Shown here piece after piece: positions 1 to 9,071 of a stretch of 64,000 nucleotides of DNA. How positions within the stretch are numbered: position 1 is the stretch's first letter; each line of letters starts with the position of its first letter. The translations under genes were made by a program, and so were the position numbers. The notes below the pieces were generated by a model that was not told the origin of the DNA, ran no database searches, and worked only from the letters and a program-made list of their open reading frames with translations. Source of the DNA: Alphaproteobacteria bacterium (GTDB taxonomy: Bacteria; Pseudomonadota; Alphaproteobacteria; RF32; CAG-239); assembly GCA_900767645.1 (NCBI GenBank), contig CAAFZY010000035.1, positions 1,130 through 65,129 on the forward strand, in the 5' to 3' direction.

Positions 1-1202
1 GCGGTAATAATTTTATCAAAGGCTTCCAATGCCCGACCTGAAGTTAAAATCTCTTTGGCTGCTTCATATCCTTGTCCGCCTCTCATGGCCGGATCAAACT
101 CAAGCACACGCCCCGCCAAAAACAAGGCTTTTTCAAGTAACCCTTTCGGCGCGTTATCTTTATTGCGCAAAATACGTCTGATGTCACGAGCCTCAAGCAG
201 TGCCCCTACTCCGGCACCGACCGGTTCGCGCCCGTCGGTTATCACCACGTCGGTTTTAAGACCTAAAACATCGCCGGCATATTCTATCAATTTGCGGGCA
301 TGAATGGCTTGCTGCGAAGTTTTAATTAATGTTTTCGGTCCAACTGGAATATCCACCACCAAGTGTGTAATTCCGGCCGCTGCTTTCAGCGCCAACAAAC
401 GCACAATGGTATAAGCCTCGTCTTTGATATTCAAATAAGCCGCCACCGACTGCAAAGCAGAAAGCGCCTTATAGACCGATAACGTTTTATAGCTGACCAC
501 CGCTCCGCGATTTTCTTTAATTAAACGCGCCAATTCCACCGGATTTTTATCAATATCGGCAAAAACACACATGGTGTGCGCTGACCCAAAACATGAAGAA
601 ACTTCCGGCACCACCACTTTCGGCATCGGCATACCATAAGCCGCGGCAATTGCCGTTACCAATAAATCGGTATTATTCCCCGGAATATCGCCTAAAGTAT
701 AACAGTCGGCAACAATATCTTCTTCATCCCAAAATAAATTTTTATCAAATAACAAAGCCTGTACAAATGAAACTATTTCCGGCGCAGTTGAAAATGCGCT
801 GAACGCGCTTAAAAACGCCGCAATATCTATATTAGAATACTTGCGTTGCAAAATATCTCCGACAATAGATTTATATTCTCCGGCAGTTAAAATGTTGCCC
901 TGTATTTTGCGCTTTACCGCTTTTATGCTTTGCGGCGCATCAGCAAGCACCATTGTAACTCTCGCTCCTTCCGGAAGACCCAGCATATCAAACGCCTCAG
1001 CATTTAATCCCAACTCATCAGGCTGCACTAGCGAGATGTCATCGGTCACTTGCAAAAAGGCATTAAGCGTAACCGCCCCGCCATGAATTTCAACCCGCGT
1101 CATCGTTCGTATATCATCGGTTTTATAAGCCTCGCAATCGGTGTGCACATAGGCAATGTTTTCATTAAACGAACGAATGGGAACATATTTTAAGTTAAGC
1201 AT
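1..1202 (-). CDS. Putative thymidine/AMP phosphorylase family protein (glycosyl transferase family 3), partial: 5' end at 1202, runs off window start
   Basis: Minus-strand ORF starting ATG 1200-1202 (MLNLKYVPIRSFNENIAYVHTDCEAYKTDDIRTMTRVEIHGGAVTLNAFLQ...). N-terminal pattern and later GxGD-rich segments resemble the 'putative thymidine phosphorylase'/AMP phosphorylase subgroup. Not in ORF track because no stop within window. Confidence 0.6.
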   Translation of the reverse strand, partial: MLNLKYVPIRSFNENIAYVHTDCEAYKTDDIRTMTRVEIHGGAVTLNAFLQVTDDISLVQPDELGLNAEAFDMLGLPEGARVTMVLADAPQSIKAVKRKIQGNILTAGEYKSIVGDILQRKYSNIDIAAFLSAFSAFSTAPEIVSFVQALLFDKNLFWDEEDIVADCYTLGDIPGNNTDLLVTAIAAAYGMPMPKVVVPEVSSCFGSAHTMCVFADIDKNPVELARLIKENRGAVVSYKTLSVYKALSALQSVAAYLNIKDEAYTIVRLLALKAAAGITHLVVDIPVGPKTLIKTSQQAIHARKLIEYAGDVLGLKTDVVITDGREPVGAGVGALLEARDIRRILRNKDNAPKGLLEKALFLAGRVLEFDPAMRGGQGYEAAKEILTSGRALEAFDKIIT

Positions 1203-1377
1203 AAAAGCCTCCTTTAAATGGCATAATATTGTGCAATTATAATAATCTTATCGTTTATTTTTGGTAAATAAAAACCATGAACATCAACCAAAGTTCAGAT
1301 TGTAAATAACGTTCGGCGCAATATATCTGTAAACGCTGTAACATACAAAGTTTAACCATTATTTTAGGAGAAAATAA

Positions 1378-1482
1378 ATGACATGCGGATGCAGCGGTGC
1401 AAAACCGTCTTCAAAAGAAACCCACTCTTCAACCGTAAAACCTGAAAAATCAGTTTCTGCGGAAAAAGAACACGATAAATAA
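1378..1482 (+). CDS. Small Cys-containing peptide (34 aa, MTCGCSGAKPSSKETHSSTVKPEKSVSAEKEHDK)
   Basis: ATG preceded by AGGAG 8 nt upstream. Short, lysine/serine-rich with N-terminal CGC motif. Below ORF-track size cutoff. Confidence 0.3.
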   Translation: MTCGCSGAKPSSKETHSSTVKPEKSVSAEKEHDK

Positions 1483-1761
1483 ACGGCTAATCCCTCGTTT
1501 TCCCCGCTATGTGCAATGAGCTGCCCGATTTCAGGAACAGCGCGTATGGCGGGGTTTTATTTTGCCGTCCAAATTGCTGAGTATACCCCTGCCAAAACAA
1601 CGACAATATTATAAACAACTTCTTTATCATACAATGTAACCGCATTATTTTAAATAAGCGGTTATTGTTTATGGCAAAAGCAAAAATTTTCTGCAAAGAT
1701 AACAAAAAAACTCTTGCATTTATATTTTTTTTATTTTACATATAACCCATCGCCAAGTTAT

Positions 1762-1836
1762 TGGGGTGTCGCCAAGTGGTAAGGCATCGGCTTTTGGTGC
1801 CGACATTCGTAGGTTCGAATCCTGCCACCCCAGCCA
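1762..1836 (+). tRNA. tRNA-Gln (anticodon UUG)
   Basis: 75-nt cloverleaf. Acceptor TGGGGTG/CACCCCA plus G discriminator and CCA. Anticodon loop TTTTGGT; strong similarity to bacterial tRNA-Gln(UUG). Confidence 0.85.
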
Positions 1837-1846
1837 CAATAAAGAT

Positions 1847-1875
1847 AAGTCCTTGATATTCAAGGACTTTTTTTG
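1847..1875 (+). terminator. Rho-independent terminator after tRNA-Gln
   Basis: Hairpin AAGTCCTTGA-TAT-TCAAGGACTT followed by a T-run. Confidence 0.5.
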
Positions 1876-2001
1876 CGTTATAAAACGCATTTTTACGGCT
1901 ATTTGAGGTGATACACCATCCTGATACACCAACGCCCTCACCTCGTTTTCCTCAAATTTGGTCAGCATAACAAAGTTATCCACAGTTTAGGGAACAAATA
2001 A

Positions 2002-2187
2002 ATGCTGATGAATCGCGTGCAACTTAGAAACAATACCTGGTATTTTAGAGCCAGAATACCGGCTCCGCTGCAATATCTCGCCCCAGTCAAATATTTCTTC
2101 CGCTCTCTGCACACCGGAAACAGCAAAGAAGCACTTGCCAAGAGCCTGTCGCACAGTTATAAATTTATTAAGGCAAATATGATTTAA
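2002..2187 (+). pseudogene. Truncated tyrosine-recombinase (P4-type integrase) N-terminal fragment
   Basis: 61-aa ORF (RVQLRNNTWYFRARIPAPL...FRSLHT) matches only the N-terminal arm-binding part of phage integrases. Lies about 170 bp downstream of tRNA-Gln, followed immediately by unrelated genes. Confidence 0.45.
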
Positions 2188-2199
2188 TTAATCCTAAAA

Positions 2200-3543
2200 T
2201 CATTCTATAAACAAAGAATAAACACAATCATTAAGTTTCTTTTCTAAACTTGAATAATCACTTTTTTCTCTTGCTTTTTGATGAATTTCTTTTGATAAAG
2301 AAGCTATATTGTTGTGTGATTCATTATTTTTGTCGTATTTAGGCATAGCTATATATTTCAAAACATCGACGCCTCTGTTTGTCTCAATGGCATATCCATC
2401 TATCACATCTATGACATTTTGTGAATTAATTATTCCACAGACATAATATGCTTCCATTTCATCGTATAATCCAAGCATTAAAACTTTTGAATCAACAACA
2501 ATTTCTTTATCACTTGAAAACAAAGAAGTGTCAGCATCAGGAATACTTTTATTATAAGAACTCACTACAACAGCAGACATACTGCTTGTTTGTTCTTTCC
2601 ATAAAACTTTATATGGTGCATATGTATATTCGCCAACATTGTCCAATCTATAAAATGGATGAAGTTTAGGGTTAAAAAATTTACCATTTTGTATTCTTGT
2701 CTTAAGAAGCTCGTTCTGATAGTATCTTAACCACAAAAATGTATCAGGAGCATTCTTTGCCAAGTCATTTTCAGGTATTCCATATTTGTTTTTTTTGTCA
2801 TGCGGAACTAGCATAAATTCGTTTGATTTAACTGTCCACCTGGAAATGTTTCGTCCTCCCAACATTGGGTAAACATACTTTTCTTCAATTGTTCCCGGAT
2901 GTGCACCTTTCTGAAGTATATCCTCTCTTCTCTGTCTTGATATATCATTTTCTATCCTCAGGTACCCTGATTTTGCTTTTTTAGGTTTATTTAAAATATA
3001 TACCCCTTTTGCACCAGCCGGCTCAATACCTTTACGACCTTTATAGTATCTACGCTTTGATGCATTTAAAACATTATTAGCAAAATTCATATCTTTTAAT
3101 GTTAACCATGCCGATTGTAAATCTTTTGGATCAACAGGCTGAGCTGTTAAAGATTCGCTTTCTAACATTTGAACAACATCATTCCATGAACAGTGTGAAT
3201 CTATTTTGCTTTTTTTCCCTTTCTGTCGATAAACGACATACTGTTCCATGGGATAAGACATTTCTTTGCCTTTTTCAAAATTTATTGCTACTGTAGGCAC
3301 TGTAAAAAGTTTGACATCTGAAAAGTCATGTACAGTATTAATTGCAAAAGGAACATCTTGACCTTTTCGAATAATTTTTAATTTTCTAAACCCTTCACCA
3401 CCTTTAGTGGATTTGAGAAATGATGCAGGTAAAAGAAACACCATTTGTCCATTATTCTTAAGATACTGATCTATTGCAACATACGTAACGGCCATTCCAA
3501 AATCATCGTGGGTAGTTTTTTTTATCATATGAATTTTTTTCAA
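2200..3543 (-). CDS. Type IIG restriction-modification enzyme, C-terminal part (post-NPPW methyltransferase motifs plus putative target-recognition domain), out of frame with upstream part
   Basis: 447-aa ORF whose N-terminus (…MVFLLPASFLKSTKGGEGFRKLKII…) looks like the MTase segment that normally follows motif IV. Overlaps the upstream ORF by 41 nt. First ATG (3528) sits directly on the A8 tract. Deleting one A fuses both ORFs into a ~1100-aa protein. Confidence 0.6.
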   Translation of the reverse strand: MKKIHMIKKTTHDDFGMAVTYVAIDQYLKNNGQMVFLLPASFLKSTKGGEGFRKLKIIRKGQDVPFAINTVHDFSDVKLFTVPTVAINFEKGKEMSYPMEQYVVYRQKGKKSKIDSHCSWNDVVQMLESESLTAQPVDPKDLQSAWLTLKDMNFANNVLNASKRRYYKGRKGIEPAGAKGVYILNKPKKAKSGYLRIENDISRQRREDILQKGAHPGTIEEKYVYPMLGGRNISRWTVKSNEFMLVPHDKKNKYGIPENDLAKNAPDTFLWLRYYQNELLKTRIQNGKFFNPKLHPFYRLDNVGEYTYAPYKVLWKEQTSSMSAVVVSSYNKSIPDADTSLFSSDKEIVVDSKVLMLGLYDEMEAYYVCGIINSQNVIDVIDGYAIETNRGVDVLKYIAMPKYDKNNESHNNIASLSKEIHQKAREKSDYSSLEKKLNDCVYSLFIE

Positions 3544-5488
3544 AAATACCGTAACTTTTCCAAATAGATAAAGTTCCTTCTCTATAGCTATGACTCATAG
3601 ATTTCCATGCAATCCATGGAGGATTTCCCACCACAAAATCAAACTTATTACCTATCATTGTCGGAGCAAAACTATTTCTCAAGATAATAGGCCAAAATGA
3701 ATCTTTACCACTTCTATGTAAAACATATAATCTATCAAAAAGTTTTTTGACAATACTGATGTCATCTTTCGAAATCAACTGTTTACCTAAAACACAATTT
3801 ATAAAGTTTTCATAATCTGCTTTTTCGTGAATAAACGAACTTAAAAGGGTTAAAAATTCATTTCCTTTAGCATAACTTTCAAACTTTGGTAACTCAAATA
3901 TTCCAACTGATGTTTTTAAATTCAAAACTCTACCGTTCTCTTCCGTATAAACAACTGGAGATAATATTGAATCTGCTACAAAAACAGGTATACTAATAGG
4001 TTCATCAAAATCATTTATATTATCAAAAAAGGCAGAAAACATTATTAAAATATAATTTGCTTTTGCAGCAACGACTGATATAGGATTTACATCAAATCCT
4101 ACAACATTATTTGTTATTTTTAATATATCTTCCTTTGTTAAATTACGTTGTTTTTGTTGAATAATCCTCTTAATCGTTTGTGTTAAAAATGGGCCTGAAC
4201 CTGCACAAGGATCAATTATTTTTTTATCAATATCTCCATCATATCCAACCATATCTAACACGTGCTCTACAATCCAATCTGGAGAGAAATATTCACCCAT
4301 CAAATGTCGCATTTTATCAGGAATTAATTCCATATACACTTCTTGCAATATATCTTGCACATTTTCAGGTTTTAAGACATAAGTACTTAAATCAAATTGA
4401 TCTATTATTGATAACGTCGTATTGACAATCTTTTCTTCGAATCCACTACAGGTATAAGTAAACCATTCCAAGAAATGAGCCTCAAAAAAATTACTCACAA
4501 TTCTTGTGCCAGTTTCGTTCGTTCCATCAAATAACTTATCAATCTCAGCCTTTGATAATTCTTGTTTACTAGTAAAACTAGGATCAATTAATTGAGATAA
4601 GAAACTATAAATCATAAGTTTCAAAAAGATATTAAAAAATGTTTGCATAGCAAATAAATATAATTTGCTATCAATATCCATACTAGCTTCAATCCCATAT
4701 AACTCTCTAATTTTAGAAGATACTTCGGTAAAATCCGTAGCTTTTGCATCTTCGCCATATAAAGTTCCAAAAACTTTATTCCATTCATTAAAAAGTGTAC
4801 GTACTCTATTACTACCCTCTGGCTCATTAAGATTATATATTATTTCGTCATATGTATCCATTATGCTACTACGCACAAAATCACTTTTAGCATTTATAAT
4901 TGATAATATATTATGTTTATTTAGTGCCATCTTATCTTGTTGTTTTAATAATAAAGCTAATCTCTTTATTCCTGACAACATGTCTTTTTTTTCATAATAA
5001 AACACTAAATTCAACGTCTGAGGTAATCTTATCTTAACTTTACTTGTATTAATCGGTTGCTTTGAGGTGGATGGTATAAACCTTGCAAATAAAAAAGATT
5101 TACCGTCAAATCCTACACCAATTCCTTTTTTCAATTTTGATAATATCTCTTTTTCATCATCACTTTCCTTAATACTTGAATCACTAATTATGTAATCATA
5201 TAGACCATGGTCTTTTGTGTTCTTTCTACCATACAAGGCTTCTTCAATACCTTTTTCTTTATCAAAATACCCAAATTCCTTGAACTCAAAAGAAATATTT
5301 TGAAATGTCGCATCTGTGCGACCTCCTGCATATAGAACATTTTCACTTTTGTACGAGGAATTTGCCATTAACGGATTGACCGCTTTTAAAATTGGCTTAA
5401 CAATTTCCGCATAAAAATGTATTTTTACATCGTCTTCGCTAAAAAGACTCTTTTGCTTAAAATTTTGTTCAATCAGCTTAAAATCCAT
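3503..5488 (-). CDS. Type IIG restriction-modification enzyme, N-terminal part (PD-ExK nuclease-like region plus N6-adenine methyltransferase motifs I and IV)
   Basis: 661-aa ORF. Candidate nuclease motif D-x8-EFK near N-terminus (RTDATFQNISFEFKEF) like MmeI D-x9-E-x-K. Motif I DPCAGSGPFL. Motif IV VVGNPPW 35 aa before the stop. Ends 4 codons after an A8 tract. Confidence 0.65.
   Translation of the reverse strand: MDFKLIEQNFKQKSLFSEDDVKIHFYAEIVKPILKAVNPLMANSSYKSENVLYAGGRTDATFQNISFEFKEFGYFDKEKGIEEALYGRKNTKDHGLYDYIISDSSIKESDDEKEILSKLKKGIGVGFDGKSFLFARFIPSTSKQPINTSKVKIRLPQTLNLVFYYEKKDMLSGIKRLALLLKQQDKMALNKHNILSIINAKSDFVRSSIMDTYDEIIYNLNEPEGSNRVRTLFNEWNKVFGTLYGEDAKATDFTEVSSKIRELYGIEASMDIDSKLYLFAMQTFFNIFLKLMIYSFLSQLIDPSFTSKQELSKAEIDKLFDGTNETGTRIVSNFFEAHFLEWFTYTCSGFEEKIVNTTLSIIDQFDLSTYVLKPENVQDILQEVYMELIPDKMRHLMGEYFSPDWIVEHVLDMVGYDGDIDKKIIDPCAGSGPFLTQTIKRIIQQKQRNLTKEDILKITNNVVGFDVNPISVVAAKANYILIMFSAFFDNINDFDEPISIPVFVADSILSPVVYTEENGRVLNLKTSVGIFELPKFESYAKGNEFLTLLSSFIHEKADYENFINCVLGKQLISKDDISIVKKLFDRLYVLHRSGKDSFWPIILRNSFAPTMIGNKFDFVVGNPPWIAWKSMSHSYREGTLSIWKSYGIFEKNSYDKKNYPR
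3516..3523 (-). repeat. Homopolymeric A8 (T8 on + strand) tract at the frameshift point of the type IIG R-M gene; second T7 tract at 3534-3540
   Basis: Direct reading of sequence: ggtagTTTTTTTTatcatatgaaTTTTTTTc. Confidence 0.9.
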
Positions 5489-5668
5489 TTTATAACCTTT
5501 GTTATTCTAATACGACATAAAACCTGTTCTATAATTATAATTTATTTATATTCTAAAATCAATCAGACAAATACAATATTAACATTTCTTATATTTCTTT
5601 GTGCAAAAGATAAATTTATTGTGGTAGAATGCTTCTTTTATTCATACCATAATGTGAGGAGGTACATT

Positions 5669-7291
5669 ATGGCAACGATACGTAAAGTTATAATTTGTAA
5701 TTACAAGCAATTCAGAGATTTCTCTATTGATTTAAATGAAGATGTAAATATTGTCGTAGCAGACAATGAAAATGGTAAATCGACATTATTTGAAGCAATT
5801 CATTTAGCATTAACTGGAAAGATAAATAATAAACCTTTGCAACAAGAATTAACCCCTTATCTTTTTAATATTGACTGTATTAAAGACTATATTCAACAAT
5901 TAAATAACAAATCTTCTTCAGACACTATATTACCTCCACCTTTATTCATTGAATTATACTTCAAAGATGAAGATAATGATGAACTAGCTCAATATAAGGG
6001 AACAAATAACAGCTTAAAGGAAAATGCAATTGGATTAAAAATTGGACTTATTTTTGATTCTGATTATATAGATGAATATAGGCAATACATTAGCAATCCT
6101 CATGAGGTAACAACTATTCCTATAGAGTATTACAAAACAGAGTGGTTTTCTTTTGCTTTTAGCCCAATAAAGTATGCCTTATTGCCTATAAAATCGCTAC
6201 TAATCGATAATATAACTACAAAATTCTCTAATGGTGTAGATAAATTTATCACTACGACTATTGAAGATATCTTAGACAAGAAAGATAATATTGCATTATC
6301 TCTCAAATATCGACAGTTGAAACAATCTTTTAGTAATGATGAAAATATTACCAAAATTAATCAGCAATTATCTAATTTAGATAAAAATATTACTGATAAA
6401 AATATGAATATTTCTGTAGATATATCTTCCAAAAGTAGTTGGGATATGGCTTTATCTTTGTATTTAGATGAGATTCCTTTTAATTTTATGGGTAAAGGGG
6501 AACAAAATAGTATAAAAGCTAAATTATCATTAAAGACCAAAACCGATAAGTATAAAGTTATTCTTATTGAAGAACCTGAAACTAATCAATCATATTCAAA
6601 TATGAGTAAATTAATTAATTTCATTACCCAAAATTGTTCAGATAAACAAATTTTCATAAGCACTCATAGTTCTTATGTGTTAAATAAATCAGGTATTGAT
6701 AAAGCTATATTTCTTAATCAAGGAAATGTATTAAAGCTAAACGAACTAACGAAGGATACTTATGAATATTTTAAGATTTTACCTGGATATGATACGTTAA
6801 GGCTAATTTTATCTAAAAAATCTTTTTTAGTTGAAGGTCCTTCTGATGAATTAATAATTCAAGCTGCATATAAACAGAAATATGGTAAATTGCCTATTGA
6901 AGATGGGATAGATGTTATTTGTGTTCGAGGATTATCATTCCTACGATTCCTTGAAATTGCTAACAAAATAAATAAAGATGTTACCGTTTTCACTGACAAC
7001 GATGGAGATTATGAAAACAATATCAAGAAAAAATATCAACAATATGAAAATCATCAACATATTAAGATAGCTTATTCAACCAATAATTCTTGGAATACAC
7101 TTGAGCCACAAATTGCTTACACGAACAATATAAGTACTTTATGCACAATACTATCTCTTGATGAGAAAAAATATGATAGTGTTGATAAAATTGCTGAATG
7201 GATGCAGAAAAACAAAACAGATAGTGCTTTGAAAATATACACTAATTCGTCACAGATAACCTTTCCTGAGTACATAAGTAATGATTTGTAA
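5669..7291 (+). CDS. gajA: OLD-family ATP-dependent endonuclease (ABC ATPase plus C-terminal TOPRIM), Gabija GajA-like
   Basis: GGAGG RBS then ATG at 5669 (the ORF-track start at 5417 is the longest ORF, not the likely start). Walker A NENGKSTLFEAI, Walker B ILIEEPE, H-loop ISTHSS. TOPRIM-like LVEGPSDE ... FTDNDGD at C-terminus. Confidence 0.7.
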   Translation: MATIRKVIICNYKQFRDFSIDLNEDVNIVVADNENGKSTLFEAIHLALTGKINNKPLQQELTPYLFNIDCIKDYIQQLNNKSSSDTILPPPLFIELYFKDEDNDELAQYKGTNNSLKENAIGLKIGLIFDSDYIDEYRQYISNPHEVTTIPIEYYKTEWFSFAFSPIKYALLPIKSLLIDNITTKFSNGVDKFITTTIEDILDKKDNIALSLKYRQLKQSFSNDENITKINQQLSNLDKNITDKNMNISVDISSKSSWDMALSLYLDEIPFNFMGKGEQNSIKAKLSLKTKTDKYKVILIEEPETNQSYSNMSKLINFITQNCSDKQIFISTHSSYVLNKSGIDKAIFLNQGNVLKLNELTKDTYEYFKILPGYDTLRLILSKKSFLVEGPSDELIIQAAYKQKYGKLPIEDGIDVICVRGLSFLRFLEIANKINKDVTVFTDNDGDYENNIKKKYQQYENHQHIKIAYSTNNSWNTLEPQIAYTNNISTLCTILSLDEKKYDSVDKIAEWMQKNKTDSALKIYTNSSQITFPEYISNDL

Positions 7292-8360
7292 TCGCTTTAT
7301 ACATTCTGCAGCAGGTACTGGGAAAACAACTAAAATAGTATCACTGGCAACAACATTAGCGGTCAGATACCATAAACGAGTTGTTATAACAACATATACT
7401 CGGGAAAATACCATAGAAATCTATGACAAAGTCATCGCAAAAATTGGCTATATTCCATCAAATCTATTTATATTGACATGGTACACATTTTTATTAAATG
7501 ATTTTGTTCGTCCTTATCAAAATTTATTCGGAATAAATCACAGAATAAATGATGTTATGTTTGTTAATCAAAAATCGGCACATTATACTAAAAAAACAGC
7601 GTTAACCCATTATATTAGCAATAATAAAATTTATAGTGATAAGATTTCTGAATTTGCTTATGAGTGCAATCAAGCCAATAATAACTGTATTATCGATAGA
7701 GTTGTACAATGTTATGATTACATTTTTATTGATGAAGCACAAGATTTATCTGGATATGATTTTGAATTAATATCAGCACTATTGGCTTCCAAATGTAATA
7801 TTGTTCTGGTTGGTGATGCTAGGCAAACTTCATATCAGACAACACCTTCATCTAAAAATAATCAGTATAATTGGAATCTATATAAATATTTTGAAGACCA
7901 ATCTAAAAAGAAATTAGGAAAATTAACTTATCTCAATAAATCATATCGATGTAACCAATCAATTTGCTCTTTTGCAGACAGAATATTCCCTGACTATCCT
8001 ACTACAAGTTCTGCTAATACTAGAACAACAGAACACGATGGGATTTTTATAGTACAAGAAAAAGATTTTCTACAGTATCTAGATACATTCAAACCTAAAA
8101 TTTTAATATGGGATAAAAAGTCTTTGAAAAGGACACAAGGATATCCAGCCCTTAATATTGGTTTATCAAAAGGCAAAACTTATGATAGAGTTTTAATTAT
8201 TCCAACAAAGCCAATGATTAAATTTTTAACGCAAGGAATTACTGATAAAAACTATAAATTCTATATAGCTGTAACAAGAGCCAGGTATAGTGTAGCTTTT
8301 TTACTAGACAAACCTTTAAATATTACTCATACAGATATTCATCTATGGCAACCATTATAA
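7281..8360 (+). CDS. gajB: Compact UvrD/PcrA-like superfamily-1 helicase, Gabija GajB-like
   Basis: Overlaps gajA stop by 11 nt (operon). Motifs AAGTGKT (I), FIDEAQD (II), LVGDARQ (III), SYRCNQSI (IV), GLSKGKTYDRVLII (V), YIAVTRAR (VI), all within 359 aa. Confidence 0.65.
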   Translation: MICNRFIHSAAGTGKTTKIVSLATTLAVRYHKRVVITTYTRENTIEIYDKVIAKIGYIPSNLFILTWYTFLLNDFVRPYQNLFGINHRINDVMFVNQKSAHYTKKTALTHYISNNKIYSDKISEFAYECNQANNNCIIDRVVQCYDYIFIDEAQDLSGYDFELISALLASKCNIVLVGDARQTSYQTTPSSKNNQYNWNLYKYFEDQSKKKLGKLTYLNKSYRCNQSICSFADRIFPDYPTTSSANTRTTEHDGIFIVQEKDFLQYLDTFKPKILIWDKKSLKRTQGYPALNIGLSKGKTYDRVLIIPTKPMIKFLTQGITDKNYKFYIAVTRARYSVAFLLDKPLNITHTDIHLWQPL

Positions 8361-8377
8361 TATAACTATAAAAATAA

Positions 8378-8802
8378 TTTGCTCGAGAACTGCGAATTCA
8401 CTCCAGCCAGATTGAACAGAGGTTAGATTTTTAGGTCTAATATCTTGTTTTTTAAGGATATTTTGCGGTTCGCAGAGGGTGTTTTTTGTTAGGCTTAAAT
8501 TTGGGCTGAAATTGCCCTCAAAGCCTTGTGTTTCCTCGGGTTCGCAAGATTTGGAATTTTGCCCGTTGTTTGAACGGTCGCTGGACACCGAACTTTCCAT
8601 GTAACAAAACGGCGGATTGAGTTCGTAACCGATGTTTCCTTCTTTTAATACAAGTTTTTTGAATATAAAATGTAAAAGAAGTTGTTTATTTTCGATTGAT
8701 TTTCCCATGCCACCCCAGACAATCTTTGAACTAGTTTCATCAAAAATATGACACAATCAAGGTGTTATGATATTTATGCCTATTTCTGGAGGCGCCATAT
8801 AT
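8378..8802 (+). repeat. Repeat family copy A (~190-bp element plus 235-bp internal insertion)
   Basis: About 85-90% identical to 18451-18647 over both flanks (ttgctcgagaac...gcggttcgcaga...tcatcaaaaatatgacacaatcaag...ggcgccatata). Copy A carries an extra 235 bp between the shared halves. Confidence 0.7.
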
Positions 8803-8818
8803 TTCATATCAAAATATA

Positions 8819-9055
8819 TTATCTATTTTCTTCAACATACTTTTTTAGAATTTCGCTATCCTTCGGCGCACCATTCCACGGGTCATATTCATCACCATTC
8901 GGATATTTTATTTTTTTCATTACTGCATACATTTTAGTGATAAATTCTTTAACGGAACAAGTCATATCTAAAGGCACTTGAGGATTATCATAAGAAACAT
9001 AATGTAACCCTCTTTGGTTTTTATAAAACTCCCACCATCCAAAGGAAACGGGCAA
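8819..9055 (-). CDS. Small hypothetical protein (78 aa; TTG start, possibly shorter from internal Met)
   Basis: ORF immediately downstream of rtcB on the same strand. No recognisable motif. Confidence 0.3.
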   Translation of the reverse strand: MPVSFGWWEFYKNQRGLHYVSYDNPQVPLDMTCSVKEFITKMYAVMKKIKYPNGDEYDPWNGAPKDSEILKKYVEENR

Positions 9056-9071
9056 TCACGATTTTGTATAT

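Noticed and set aside
55-1086. Plus-strand ORFs (55..303, 593..802, 841..1086) inside the phosphorylase gene
   Set aside because: Antisense to a long, well-supported minus-strand CDS. Low-complexity/biased composition typical of spurious frames.
4180-4997. ORFs 4180..4425(+), 4621..4827(-), 4665..4997(+) within the type IIG R-M gene
   Set aside because: Overlap a motif-supported CDS in other frames/strand. AT-rich sequence gives long spurious ORFs.
5417-5668. Upstream extension of gajA ORF (track start 5417)
   Set aside because: Translation is hydrophobic low-complexity read-through of an AT-rich intergenic region. A GGAGG RBS precedes the ATG at 5669.
8355-8756. 133-aa minus-strand ORF spanning repeat copy A (internal MGKSIENKQLLLHFIFKKLVLKEGNIGYELNPPF…)
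   Set aside because: Lies entirely within a repeat element and its 235-bp insertion, with no RBS. Could be a relic of a mobile-element gene but cannot be supported as a functional CDS.
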